In this document: positions 8,428 through 17,785 of the stretch, one piece after another
Layout of the letters: each line of letters starts with the position of its first letter
Numbering within the stretch: position 1 is the first letter of the stretch
IMG/VR virus record: IMGVR_UViG_3300010403_000003
Coordinates: 10,017 to 74,016 of that record
DNA: 64,000 nt
Origin: a virus
Reading direction: 5' to 3' (one strand)
Notes under the pieces: model-generated
Told to the model about the DNA's origin: nothing
Database searches by the model: none
What the model saw: the letters and a program-made list of their open reading frames with translations, nothing else
Position numbers and translations under genes: made by a program

Positions 8428-8615
8428 ATTCTCTCGCTTTCTTTCGGAATAGCCCGCCCGCTCACAATCGCAACCTCGCGCGGCGTGAGTGTCTCCAGCC
8501 CGCGTTCGACGCGGCTGACGTGAACCGCGGAGCATTCCAGCTTGTCGGCCAGCATTTGCACGGTCATTCCGCGCGAGGTACGCCAATCGCGGAGGGAGGG
8601 CCAGTTGGGGATCAC
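8424..8615 (-). CDS. XRE/Cro-family HTH regulator
   Basis: LRDWRTSRGMTVQMLADKLECSAVHVSRVERG. Confidence 0.85.
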   Translation of the reverse strand: MIPNWPSLRDWRTSRGMTVQMLADKLECSAVHVSRVERGLETLTPREVAIVSGRAIPKESERI

Positions 8616-8721
8616 TCGAAGTTCTCCAACAAGTTAGCACCAGCTAACAAAACATTAAAACCGAACCAATTGCGGATAAATCGCGATCTCGTCCCGAATA
8701 GGAAGGGTTCACGGTCGCACA

Positions 8722-9051
8722 TCACTTGAACGCTTCCAATCGCTTAACCGGACACCCATCTTTGTGGCCCACCACAACGCCAGTCTCGTTCGGATAGCAA
8801 ACCTTGCACGAGAAGCCCTTGTCAGTGATGAGATGCTCGGCGAGTTCGCGGGCAAGAAGCAACAACGAATGATGATCCTTGGTGAGTTTGGCGTACCCAA
8901 GGCAAACGTCTTCCGTGGCTTCCTTCACGGCGGCGTCGATGGCTTCGGTAATTAATCGGACTGCCGCTTCTTTGCCATCCTCGCTAGGATTAAGCATCGG
9001 CGCAAGGTCGTGATTAAAGACAAGACACTCGGCTCGCTCTTTCGCCGTCAT
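8722..9051 (-). CDS. Hypothetical protein (CxxC...H...C)
   Basis: Part of a chain of overlapping small genes. Confidence 0.6.
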   Translation of the reverse strand: MTAKERAECLVFNHDLAPMLNPSEDGKEAAVRLITEAIDAAVKEATEDVCLGYAKLTKDHHSLLLLARELAEHLITDKGFSCKVCYPNETGVVVGHKDGCPVKRLEAFK

Positions 9052-9236
9052 CGTTTTCCCTCTTTCCTTCGCACGGCCTTCCCCAGCCGTTTATGCGGCC
9101 CCTGCCACCCGTGCGGCAGTTCGCTGGGCGGCAATTGCTTTCGCGGAATCTCGTAAGGCGGGACATCCACGATGCCGCGCAGTTGGCGAACGGCGGCGCG
9201 GGCGAACGCTTCGGCGGTGCTGTTGGTGTGGCTCAT
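9048..9236 (-). CDS. Hypothetical protein
   Basis: ATGA overlaps on both sides. Confidence 0.5.
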   Translation of the reverse strand: MSHTNSTAEAFARAAVRQLRGIVDVPPYEIPRKQLPPSELPHGWQGPHKRLGKAVRRKEGKR

Positions 9237-9493
9237 TTGCGCATCCCTCGCTTCGCCTTACGCTTCGCAACAATCTCCGCGTGCTTTCTCCCGGCCGCGG
9301 CGGTCTTAACGCGCTTCAGGTCGCGGCGAACGAGTCGCTCGACGTTGTTACCGTCAAGCGTGAGAATCAACGCGATCATTTCCAGGCCGAGACCACCACG
9401 CGCGCCCCGCGATTGCTCAATCCGCATCAGTTTCCCGAATTCGGGATGACGGTCGAGGCCGGCCGCGAACGAAACAACGTCGCCGATTTTCAT
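9233..9493 (-). CDS. Hypothetical protein
   Basis: ATGA overlaps. Confidence 0.55.
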   Translation of the reverse strand: MKIGDVVSFAAGLDRHPEFGKLMRIEQSRGARGGLGLEMIALILTLDGNNVERLVRRDLKRVKTAAAGRKHAEIVAKRKAKRGMRK

Positions 9494-9729
9494 GGCTTTC
9501 TCCTCCTCCAATACGCTTCTTCGTAATAGTCGAACCTCTCCCAACCATCACACCCTTTATCGACATTTCGTTCCCAGCCTTCGCCTTCCGGTGGCTCGTC
9601 TTCGTAATCCCAAGCCTTGCGAGGCCCTTTGGTCCGGTCATACTCAAAGTCGGGGTGCCATTCCCGATCGTGAAGTATCTTTTCGAGGCGAACTAGCCTC
9701 TCCATGTCGGTTTCTTTTTTGTCGCTCAT
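9490..9729 (-). CDS. Hypothetical protein
   Basis: Protein-like composition, coupled to the downstream gene. Confidence 0.6.
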   Translation of the reverse strand: MSDKKETDMERLVRLEKILHDREWHPDFEYDRTKGPRKAWDYEDEPPEGEGWERNVDKGCDGWERFDYYEEAYWRRRKP

Positions 9730-9809
9730 ATCGAACCCTTTCGCTTTGTCGTGTATCATTCCCTATATGGATGAATCGTTAATCCGCTGGCTACTCGCCG
9801 ATCCGTGCA

Positions 9810-10283
9810 TCACGAATGCCGAAGCTGTCCGTTTTGCCGACATTTCCGACACCGCCGCGCCCCGCGTCCGTCCAGGTAAACGTTCGCCCCTTGGAGCGGA
9901 TGCCCACGTGAACAATGTGTTTTCCGTGCGATCCACGCGGCACGCCGCTTTTTCGCGATCACCTTGCGATTATCGGCGTACCGCTGACGGTTGTAATTCG
10001 CCTCGCATGTCCGGCACTGGCGGAAGCCTCGCTTATCGAATTTGACGTTGTCGCCGGAATACTCGTGGCCGGACGGGCAGTGCGTCTTGGCGCGGTTGCC
10101 ATTCGACGGGTTGGCAATGTCGTGGCCAGCCCGGATAATCTCAAGAAACATCGCCTCGGCGCGGTCGAGCGCGTTCAAGACCGGCAAATACTTGTCGCCT
10201 GATCGCTTCTCGGCGGCAACCATGACGTCAGCGAGGTCTTTCTGGATGCCGACCAGGTGGCGCTTGAGGATTTTGGTTCTCAT
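9810..10283 (-). CDS. Protein with two KTHC..GH...CR.C zinc fingers (HNH-associated type) but no visible nuclease domain
   Basis: KTHCPSGHEY...CRTC and KTHCSRGHPL...CRKC. Confidence 0.7.
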   Translation of the reverse strand: MRTKILKRHLVGIQKDLADVMVAAEKRSGDKYLPVLNALDRAEAMFLEIIRAGHDIANPSNGNRAKTHCPSGHEYSGDNVKFDKRGFRQCRTCEANYNRQRYADNRKVIAKKRRAAWIARKTHCSRGHPLQGANVYLDGRGARRCRKCRQNGQLRHS

Positions 10284-10558
10284 AATTCTCGATACATGCT
10301 CGCAAGGTCGTCGGGTTCCAGTTGCAGCGTCATTCTTTTCTTGAAGTCCTCAACGCTCTCGTTCCATTCGACCTGCAACTTGAGAAATTTAATAAAATGC
10401 GGGATTGCCAATTCGGTCAGTTCCGCGACGGTCGTTGTGGGCGGCAACCAAATTTCTACCGGGCCTGCCGCGAGCGGAATACGTGCCCAAAGCAAACATC
10501 CGGGCGATGGCCGAAGAACCCATCGCTCTTGATGCTCAAAAACCAGTTTGTCGGTCAT
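10280..10558 (-). CDS. Hypothetical protein
   Basis: MTDKLVFEHQ start, ATGA overlaps. Confidence 0.55.
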   Translation of the reverse strand: MTDKLVFEHQERWVLRPSPGCLLWARIPLAAGPVEIWLPPTTTVAELTELAIPHFIKFLKLQVEWNESVEDFKKRMTLQLEPDDLASMYREL

Positions 10559-10977
10559 TTGGTCCCCGCGATCCGTTTTTCTCCCAGGGCGATCGCGGCG
10601 TCGATTATGACACACACCGTGGCCTTCGCGATGTCGCGCTCGCACCCGCAATGATTGATGAAGAATTCTGCCTCTTTCAAAGCGTTCGACATGGCCGCAA
10701 CGCGATCCGCATCCGGCGCGCACCCGTAAAGCTTCCGCTGCTCGGCGGCGCAACCGTCGGCGAATTCGCGCGGGCCGACTTTGCCGTGCAGGTCGTGGCA
10801 TAAATTGTGGGCGGCGATGATGGCGCGGGCCTCGTCCCGCTCCCGCTCCGCGACGGCGAGCTTACAGCGGTCGGATTGGTGGACGCCCATAAATGACAAG
10901 ATTGAGCCACACACGAAAACACGGGAGACTCTGCCCTCTTGGGCTGCGTTGCATTTCGGGCAAGTTGGTTCGCTCAT
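10555..10977 (-). CDS. Cys-rich hypothetical protein
   Basis: MSEPTCPKC start, overlaps neighbours. Confidence 0.55.
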   Translation of the reverse strand: MSEPTCPKCNAAQEGRVSRVFVCGSILSFMGVHQSDRCKLAVAERERDEARAIIAAHNLCHDLHGKVGPREFADGCAAEQRKLYGCAPDADRVAAMSNALKEAEFFINHCGCERDIAKATVCVIIDAAIALGEKRIAGTK

Positions 10978-11165
10978 GGCGTTGACTCCGTGCCGACAAG
11001 GCTCAAGCGAACCCCATCGACGATTGGCCGAATCATGAGTATGTCGAGCAGTTCGCCCACTTCGGCCATTGTTTTGCGGCAAAATACGCATTCCGGGTTG
11101 TGGCACATATCGCCTTTCAAATCCAAGCAATCGTCGCAGATGCGAATTACAATCGGACGAATCAT
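10974..11165 (-). CDS. Small Cys-rich protein
   Basis: CDDC...CHNPECVFC. Confidence 0.55.
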   Translation of the reverse strand: MIRPIVIRICDDCLDLKGDMCHNPECVFCRKTMAEVGELLDILMIRPIVDGVRLSLVGTESTP

Positions 11166-11563
11166 GTGAAAAGTTCCTTAAGAAGCCCAAACACCTTCCC
11201 CGCTTTCACGTCGGCTGGCGTGCAATGGATTATTCGCCAGCCGAGAATCGTGGCCCTGTTCATTTTGTCTTGGTCCCTAATAACGCCTGAGCCTCTCGTA
11301 TGGCCTCCTCCCGTCCATATGCCACCGTCCACTTCGAGGGCAATTTTTCTTTCCGGCCACGCGAAATCAATGCGCCAGCGGCGAGCACAGAACATGAATT
11401 CCCGGCACGGAATCGGCAGTCCGTAAGCTCGCCACACGGCGTCAGCGATGACGGTGGCTTTCCTGGGGCCGCGCTTGCCGTTCGCCTTGGGCAACGTCAG
11501 CCCGAGCTTGGTGGCGGCGGATTTGGAGAGGCGAAGCATTCGGAACCTCGGGGTTATGGGCAA
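11162..11563 (-). CDS. PD-(D/E)xK / Vsr-like endonuclease (possible resolvase)
   Basis: RRWRIDFAWPERKIALEVDGG.W..GGH. Confidence 0.8.
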   Translation of the reverse strand: MPITPRFRMLRLSKSAATKLGLTLPKANGKRGPRKATVIADAVWRAYGLPIPCREFMFCARRWRIDFAWPERKIALEVDGGIWTGGGHTRGSGVIRDQDKMNRATILGWRIIHCTPADVKAGKVFGLLKELFT

Positions 11564-11785
11564 TATCTTTTGATGGTTTCCCGAGCGGAAGCGACGGACG
11601 GCCCGTCAGCCTTGCGGTCAATTAAACTAATGATCGCTGCGCACAAATCCACCACGGCGAGATCGTAGCTGCCTATAGCCTCAGCGTAAGGCACGAATCG
11701 TCCTTCCGGGTTCTCTTCGAGGCTAGCACCGGGGCCGGCAAAATCTAGTCGCGTCATCTGGTATCCTCGCGCACCAGTGTGGGGG

Positions 11786-12058
11786 TCACTGTCTCGCTAC
11801 CATGACGACGTTTCCGCTCCGATACCTTTCGAGACGTCGCACGGCTTCGGCGTGTTCTTTCATGCGAATCTCGTACTGGCCCATCACTTCCAGCATAGCT
11901 AGTCGCGTCAATCGCTCATGTTTTTCAAGTTCCTTGCCGCGAGGGTGGGCATCGCACTTTGGATCATCGCAAATCAAGTCAACGTCGCCGCATTCTGGAC
12001 ACCATGACACTGGGCCGTGGCATTTGAAGCGTCCAGGGCAAATAGGAGTTTCGCTCAT
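11786..12058 (-). CDS. Cys-rich hypothetical protein
   Basis: ORF in the operon chain. Confidence 0.5.
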   Translation of the reverse strand: MSETPICPGRFKCHGPVSWCPECGDVDLICDDPKCDAHPRGKELEKHERLTRLAMLEVMGQYEIRMKEHAEAVRRLERYRSGNVVMVARQ

Positions 12059-12246
12059 GGTTTTCTCGCTCTGTCTTCGTCCCAAGCTGGTCGGCCATCA
12101 CTGTGATTTGAACAACACTGGCTTGGGTCATGTTTGAAACCGAATTCATTGCATTCCCCGCACCGGGGACATCCGGATTCAACGCCTCAGCCGTCCCAAT
12201 TGTGGCCGCACTTCCAGCACGACCAGCTAACCCACGGAAAACTCAT

Positions 12247-12423
12247 TTAAGATTCCTCGTCGGCCTCTTCGATCGAAAAATGCTCGCATGACGGATCACA
12301 GTCAAACATCAGTCGTGCCTGATCTTCGGCCGCTTCGGGCGTCTCGGCTAGGATTTGCCCAAGGTAATCGACATTGCCGGCTCGCGGGCCTTCCTGGCAT
12401 CGAAATACATCGAACGTCGTCAT
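12247..12423 (-). CDS. Hypothetical protein
   Basis: MTTFDVFR start with a G-rich RBS. Confidence 0.5.
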   Translation of the reverse strand: MTTFDVFRCQEGPRAGNVDYLGQILAETPEAAEDQARLMFDCDPSCEHFSIEEADEES

Positions 12424-12454
12424 CTCGTTCCCCCTAAGTGTGCAAAGCTGGTGG

Positions 12455-12682
12455 TCACTGGCAGCGTACAAGATTCTTGATTTGCTCAACTTGGCATCTC
12501 GTGGACTGGTACGCGAGTCTCGCATGTTTGCTGGTCCAGCAAACCAAGGCGTTTTCCTCGCCGTCGTAAATGGTTTGCACGGTCCCTCGTCGCTCGCTAA
12601 ATTTCCCGTTTGCCAATCTCCGCTTGACTCGGTCGCCGGATTTCAGGTTGCACACGTCGATTCTCCTAGTGGTCAAGCGCAC
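12455..12682 (-). CDS. Hypothetical protein
   Basis: ORF in the operon chain. Confidence 0.45.
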   Translation of the reverse strand: MRLTTRRIDVCNLKSGDRVKRRLANGKFSERRGTVQTIYDGEENALVCWTSKHARLAYQSTRCQVEQIKNLVRCQ

Positions 12683-12724
12683 CAGTATGGCAGGCTGGCG
12701 GTCATCGCCCTTCCCGAAAAATCA

Positions 12725-12991
12725 CTAATTGCTTTCATCATTAAAAGTAAATGGTTCCATACTAGCTTCTAAAACTTTTCCGCCGGTCTTTTCAAGAGCT
12801 TTCCTTATCGACGAAAGTGTCGATTCGGCAATTAGTTTTTCCCAGGCTTTGCGAATACCCGGTTCGTCTTCAAGACGATGAAACAAAAATGCTATCTCTT
12901 TCGTGGTCCCATTTCCTTGAACCAAAACAGCGTGAACGCCGTCGCGTTTATCGATGAATTTGATGCCCACTTCGATTTTTTTCTGTGCCAT
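12725..12991 (-). CDS. Hypothetical protein
   Basis: AAGGAG upstream. Confidence 0.55.
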   Translation of the reverse strand: MAQKKIEVGIKFIDKRDGVHAVLVQGNGTTKEIAFLFHRLEDEPGIRKAWEKLIAESTLSSIRKALEKTGGKVLEASMEPFTFNDESN

Positions 12992-13006
12992 TAGGGCATA
13001 CTCCTT

Positions 13007-13204
13007 TTAGGCGCGGGCAACGAGACGAGAATTTTGCTTTATTTCATCCCGCAATTGCCGCTCGAACTCTTCCAAGTTGCGGAACTTCGCGTCCAGAGAC
13101 GCCGCTAAAATCGTCTCGCCGTTGTCCGCGGCAGTCTCGAATCGCTCCCAAACGTCCTGCATTTGGTCGCGAAGTCGCTCCAATCGCTTGCTTGGGTCGG
13201 GCAT
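13007..13204 (-). CDS. Coiled-coil hypothetical protein
   Basis: GGTGAG upstream, helical composition. Confidence 0.55.
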   Translation of the reverse strand: MPDPSKRLERLRDQMQDVWERFETAADNGETILAASLDAKFRNLEEFERQLRDEIKQNSRLVARA

Positions 13205-13206
13205 TT

Positions 13207-13800
13207 TTAACTCACCTTTTTCATTTTTCCGCGCGAGTTGTCGGCCAGTCGCGCTTGGTTTTGAAGCTCGGCGCGACCCTTGTCCTCTTTGTTTTTCTCG
13301 TCAATCATGTCCTGCCAGCCGGTTGTCACAGTCGTTTCGTAGGTGTGAAGCGACATTGGACGACGCTTTGCTTGGTCAAAACTTTGCAATTTAGACGCGC
13401 CGCGATGGCAAGAACATGTGACCGCAGCCGTCGCTTTGTAGCCTCCCGGCCCTTGAATATACTCGCCGTCTTTCACGCATTGCGGATGCGGAACGAGCAC
13501 ATATCCGAGATTTTGGCAGAGTGAGCAACGCAGGCCGGTAAACTCGTCGTCGCGCTGCGCGGCGAACGCTTTTGTTTGCTGGGCGCGTTTAACGCCCAGG
13601 ATGCGGAAAAGGCCGGAAACATGCTCGTTTCTGAACGTTGGGGCTAGTTTTAGGAGTTCGATCGAGGCGGCTTTCAACTCGGCCAACGAATAAGAATCGA
13701 GAGCGTTCCGCCACGACACGACCATAGCAATGTCGGCCTCATTCATGCCAAACATGGTCGTGTGCAAAGTGACCCAGGCAGCAAAATCATCCTTACTCAA
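13207..13800 (-). CDS. Replication accessory protein (helicase loader/inhibitor-like) with a Zn finger
   Basis: Follows the initiator; W..AL..Y......A pattern; CSLC...CSC. Confidence 0.5.
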   Translation of the reverse strand: MSKDDFAAWVTLHTTMFGMNEADIAMVVSWRNALDSYSLAELKAASIELLKLAPTFRNEHVSGLFRILGVKRAQQTKAFAAQRDDEFTGLRCSLCQNLGYVLVPHPQCVKDGEYIQGPGGYKATAAVTCSCHRGASKLQSFDQAKRRPMSLHTYETTVTTGWQDMIDEKNKEDKGRAELQNQARLADNSRGKMKKVS

Positions 13801-14339
13801 GATCGCGTCCTTTCCTGCTTTTCAAGTTCCGCTTCCAGAAACGCCTCACGTTTCGTTTTTTTTCTAGGCGAAGCCGATGGGTTAGGTTTTCCGTCCGCTC
13901 CGTCCGTTAGTCCGTTAGTTCCGCCCGGGAGAGCATTGCTCGTTGCATCGCTTTGCAATGCTTCAAGCATACTTGAAGCAGATTGCTTGGCTTTAGCCCA
14001 ACGCGCTTTTGCCCCGGCTTTTCCGCGGATACTAAACGATTCGATATGTCCTTGATGGTCAAGGAAGTCGTGGACGTTGTAATTTCCGTCACCGACTGGC
14101 TCTAAGAACCCGACAGACACTAGGAGTTCGATAGCTTTGCCCTTCTTACCATGCCAATTAAGATGAACCTCAAGTAACTTCATTGAACGGGCAGATATCA
14201 CTCCGGTCTCTGGATGATACCTGGCGGTAAACCGCCATAACCTGATCGGTAGTATTTCCGCCCAGTTTCCAAGTTCAGCTACGAGGCTCATCACTTTGGG
14301 ATGTTCAAAGTAGTCGAGATCGATGTTTAGTGCTGGCAT
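13797..14339 (-). CDS. Putative phage replication initiator
   Basis: DLDYFEHPKV..L, VHDFLDHQ, RGKAGAKARW. Confidence 0.7.
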   Translation of the reverse strand: MPALNIDLDYFEHPKVMSLVAELGNWAEILPIRLWRFTARYHPETGVISARSMKLLEVHLNWHGKKGKAIELLVSVGFLEPVGDGNYNVHDFLDHQGHIESFSIRGKAGAKARWAKAKQSASSMLEALQSDATSNALPGGTNGLTDGADGKPNPSASPRKKTKREAFLEAELEKQERTRS

Positions 14340-14737
14340 TCGTTCGACTCCAATATTTCGATTGGAGCGGAAGGGAGACGCCCACCCTTCCAAGAATTGC
14401 AACTTTGACAGATTGGCTGAAAGTTGCAAATATCATTCGTCCCACCCCAACAAATAGGGAGGACGTGGTCTATGAGAGTTGCCGGGTTGCCTTTGCAAAT
14501 AAGGCATTGGTCGCCGAATTTGGCGAAAACTAAAGGAAAAAGTTTCAGGCGTATTTTCCTGAATCGATTACGCAGATAAATGCAAGTTGATTCGTTTGCG
14601 GTTATTCGACGCCGGACAAACTGTGGGTGAGATCGCGATTTCGGAGCGGGGGAATTAATCGGCCACTTTCCAGCCCAGACTTTTTGAAAGTCCGGGTCGG
14701 CCCAAATACGAGGATCTATAATGTGCGTCGCTGGCAT
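14327..14737 (-). CDS. HNH endonuclease
   Basis: CLIC...IDHVLP..GGTN..N....CQSCNSWKG. Confidence 0.88.
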   Translation of the reverse strand: MPATHIIDPRIWADPDFQKVWAGKWPINSPAPKSRSHPQFVRRRITANESTCIYLRNRFRKIRLKLFPLVFAKFGDQCLICKGNPATLIDHVLPICWGGTNDICNFQPICQSCNSWKGGRLPSAPIEILESNECQH

Positions 14738-14819
14738 TCCTTACCAATCCTTTCCCCACTCGCAACTTTCGCCCCGCTAACGACTTTCGCAATCTGTGAA
14801 CTATCGGCGCACAAAAAAA

Positions 14820-15311
14820 CTACACAAGCCGAATGAACCCGACGCTCGCGTTCCAGGTCGCCTTCTGCACCGCCTGAATCGCCTCGCTCATGCGCTGGGC
14901 AACATCCCCGTCCACGAGCGGCGTATTCTGCGACGCCGCCTCGGCCCGGTTCTCGAACTCCGCAATCAGCCGATGACACTTTTCCACGGTCCCGCGGATC
15001 GGCGTCACGGTCGTCTGATCGAACATTGCCGCCTGCTCGCAGGCTCCCACAGCGTCCTTGACGGCGTCGCGGAGTTCCTTGAGACTCTCGCCGTCGATTG
15101 CCTTTTCGCGAAGCCGAGCGGATTGCTGGTCGAGCAGATCAGCGGCGGACTCGCGAGCGCCTTTGTTCGCCTTCTGGAAGGCGCAGTACATCTGCTGCCA
15201 GCCATCGGTTGCCGTGGTCTCGGCGGCGCGGCGGACTTCGACGAGGGCGTCCTCGTAAGCCTCTTGGAATTCCTCGACCAAATCCTCTTTCTTCGAGCGG
15301 TTCGTTTTCAT
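14820..15311 (-). CDS. Helical hypothetical protein
   Basis: AAGGAG RBS. Confidence 0.65.
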   Translation of the reverse strand: MKTNRSKKEDLVEEFQEAYEDALVEVRRAAETTATDGWQQMYCAFQKANKGARESAADLLDQQSARLREKAIDGESLKELRDAVKDAVGACEQAAMFDQTTVTPIRGTVEKCHRLIAEFENRAEAASQNTPLVDGDVAQRMSEAIQAVQKATWNASVGFIRLV

Positions 15312-15512
15312 GCAATTTCTCCTTAAGTGCCGGTACTCTCCCGGCTTGTCACGCCACTTTTCATTTCGCAGGTGTCGCGCGGTGACCGATTAACGTGGCT
15401 TCCCCCACACGGCGGCTTGGCCTTTTTGTTTAACCCCGGTCATGCAAGCCGCAACGTCGCGACCGGAGGTTCCTCGTGCTTCACTCCAAAACATACACCG
15501 CAAAAAACTCGC

Positions 15513-16370
15513 TCACGCTGGCAAGAGCGATCCGCGTTTCTCTGGGCACTCCCGCACGCGGAACTGTTCCGGCCATTCTTCCCAATTGCCGCCATGGCTG
15601 TCGTCGCAATGCCACGGTTCACCGTTCCAAACAACACGCGAACCGAACTGCTTGACAAAACACGGCACGCCGAACAGCGCGCACGATTGCAAAGCCTGCT
15701 CGACCCAAGCGATATCAAATTTCCGTGGCTCTCCCTTGCCTTGCTTCGACTCGCCGCCGACGATCACCCAATCGATCTCGCCCGTCGAAAGAAGCTGATC
15801 GAGGTCAACCGGGCCGATCTGCGGCTCAAGAGAAAGGAACAGGAAGCGGGCGAATGGGCGGCAATGGCGAATAAGACGTTGGCCCCAAATGTCCGCCGTG
15901 TCCTGGTCAGATATGGACGTTCCAATCCAAACGTTCCTGCGACGGAATTCCCGCCGCGTCAACTCGGTTTTGCCGAAGCCGCCTTGCTCCTGCGAATACC
16001 ACATATCGGGGACGTTCTCGGGGCGCTTTGTGAGCATCAGGTAATCGAGAGACGGCGTCTTGTCGATTAATTGGAACAGTTCGCGCCGCCATTCTTGAAG
16101 TTCTGGTCGTTTCTCGAAGATGTCGGCCAGCGACGCGCAGAAGACTTTCGCGCGGTGGCCGCTCGCTTCCGCTTCACGTTGCCAGCGCGGCGGGTCGTTC
16201 CATGTCTTTGTTTTCGAGCGAGTGCCGCCCGGCCCCCATTTAACGCGATGATAGCGATGGTCCATCATCTCTTCGGCGTAGCAGAATTTGCAGCCGGTGT
16301 GGACTTTTTCGCAACCGACCCACGGATTAAACGTGTGGTCGGTCCATTGGATTTTTGAATTCTCAGCCAT
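15513..16370 (-). CDS. Phage Gp37/Gp68 (DUF5131) radical-SAM-like protein
   Basis: SKIQWTDHTFNPWVGCEKVHTGCKFCYAE, LTKRPE, DWVIVGGES. Confidence 0.9.
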   Translation of the reverse strand: MAENSKIQWTDHTFNPWVGCEKVHTGCKFCYAEEMMDHRYHRVKWGPGGTRSKTKTWNDPPRWQREAEASGHRAKVFCASLADIFEKRPELQEWRRELFQLIDKTPSLDYLMLTKRPENVPDMWYSQEQGGFGKTELTRREFRRRNVWIGTSISDQDTADIWGQRLIRHCRPFARFLFLSLEPQIGPVDLDQLLSTGEIDWVIVGGESKQGKGEPRKFDIAWVEQALQSCALFGVPCFVKQFGSRVVWNGEPWHCDDSHGGNWEEWPEQFRVRECPEKRGSLLPA

Positions 16371-16711
16371 TAGATATCCTCGCTTAATTTTGGCCACCAA
16401 ACCGCCGCCTTGAACCCCGTCACGCCGCAAACCCTCACCCCATCCCGATACGCCAATCCGGCCCGCTCAAGTTCGGGAAGCCGTTTCCTGACGTCGCCAC
16501 GGGGCGTCCCCGCGATCTTGTCCAATTCGTTCGACGTTCGCCCCGGATTCGCCCGGAGGATGCCCAGCGCCCATTCCTGAGCCTCGCCGAGCCTTGTTGC
16601 CATGTGCGCCGCGGCTTCGTGACTCGTCGCCGGGTCGGAGGCGCGTGCGATGGGCTTTGGCCGGAAATCCGGCAAATCTCCAAAAAGCGGGTAATTGGCG
16701 GATGCCGTCAC
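16370..16711 (-). CDS. Winged-helix hypothetical protein
   Basis: ARASDPATSHEAA...RKRLPELERAGL. Confidence 0.65.
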   Translation of the reverse strand: MTASANYPLFGDLPDFRPKPIARASDPATSHEAAAHMATRLGEAQEWALGILRANPGRTSNELDKIAGTPRGDVRKRLPELERAGLAYRDGVRVCGVTGFKAAVWWPKLSEDI

Positions 16712-17304
16712 GTTGCCACCGCCTTTTGGCGACGCCATGTACTCCTGGAGTGCATGGCATGGCAAATTCTGCACATGCGATGTCCAAGTTTTGTTATGTG
16801 GGTATTTGCTTCCGAGAATTCATGCCCGCGCTTGCAGACTTTTTTGATGCTATTAATGGCTGATAGCGATACGCTGTTTTCAAGACAATTAGTTCGCGCA
16901 TCGACGAGGCGTAGGTGGAGGATATTAATGCAGCGTCGATTTCTGCAAATGTGATCAACAAACATGGCACTCGGGATATCGCCTCTCAACAATTGCCACA
17001 CAAACCTATGCGCGCCTTCCATTCGCTTGTTTACCCATATTCTCCCGTAGCCGGTTTTCTCAATTATGCCAACAAACTCCAGGCAGCCATTTGCAGCCTG
17101 CTTAAAACGAATGATCGGCACATCATCTTTATGACGAATTTGCCGCACCGCCTTAAGTTCACAACCACGGGACCATTGTCGCCAATGGCTCGCACAAAGG
17201 CCGCGACAGAAAAGCCGGCGTCCGCAATCGGCAAATGCGCATATCCTGGTTGGCTTGTCCATTTGAAATTCGCCGAACAGGCTGTTGGGGGTGGTGTCGG
17301 GCAT
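16708..17304 (-). CDS. HNH endonuclease (homing type) with a C-terminal Zn finger
   Basis: GYG...AHRFVW...VDHICRNRRCIN..HL...N; CKRGH...CRIC. Confidence 0.88.
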   Translation of the reverse strand: MPDTTPNSLFGEFQMDKPTRICAFADCGRRLFCRGLCASHWRQWSRGCELKAVRQIRHKDDVPIIRFKQAANGCLEFVGIIEKTGYGRIWVNKRMEGAHRFVWQLLRGDIPSAMFVDHICRNRRCINILHLRLVDARTNCLENSVSLSAINSIKKVCKRGHEFSEANTHITKLGHRMCRICHAMHSRSTWRRQKAVAT

Positions 17305-17305
17305 T

Positions 17306-17785
17306 TCACCAATCCTGCGGGACGCAATCGCCGCGCAAATACAGTGGATGCTTCGGTTGTCCGCCCGATGTCAGTCCAAGCGTCTTCGTCTCCACCATAT
17401 GCTTCACCATAAACCCACGGCTTTTCAGATTTCCATGTGCGCCCCACGCCGCGATCATCAGGGGCACCGTATGCCGGACATTGGCTATATGGGCGTCATT
17501 GTCCGGCCCAATTGGGTCGCTGTGCTTGTAGAGCACTAATGGGTCCGTGGATCGCAGCGCGAAGATATTCACGACGACCAAGCCGCCATAGCCCCATGCC
17601 TTAGCGAACCCGATACAGCGGCGAATCGTGGGGTCTTCAATCTCGGCGGTCGCCGTGCTCGGGTTCAACATGCAGAACGCTATGGTAGGCTCGACTTCGG
17701 ACCAAATGCGCCAGAGGCGATAGCGGTACGCGCCGTCGTCGCTGAATATTGCGCCAGTATCAAGCCACTTTGCCATTTCGGTCAC
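17306..17785 (-). CDS. DUF1643 family protein
   Basis: YRYRLWR.W, MLNPSTA...DPTIRRC, AAWG, PKHPLY. Confidence 0.88.
   Translation of the reverse strand: MTEMAKWLDTGAIFSDDGAYRYRLWRIWSEVEPTIAFCMLNPSTATAEIEDPTIRRCIGFAKAWGYGGLVVVNIFALRSTDPLVLYKHSDPIGPDNDAHIANVRHTVPLMIAAWGAHGNLKSRGFMVKHMVETKTLGLTSGGQPKHPLYLRGDCVPQDW

Noticed and set aside
13891-13923. TCCGTTAG repeats in the initiator gene as origin iterons
   Set aside because: Only two short copies; too weak to call an origin
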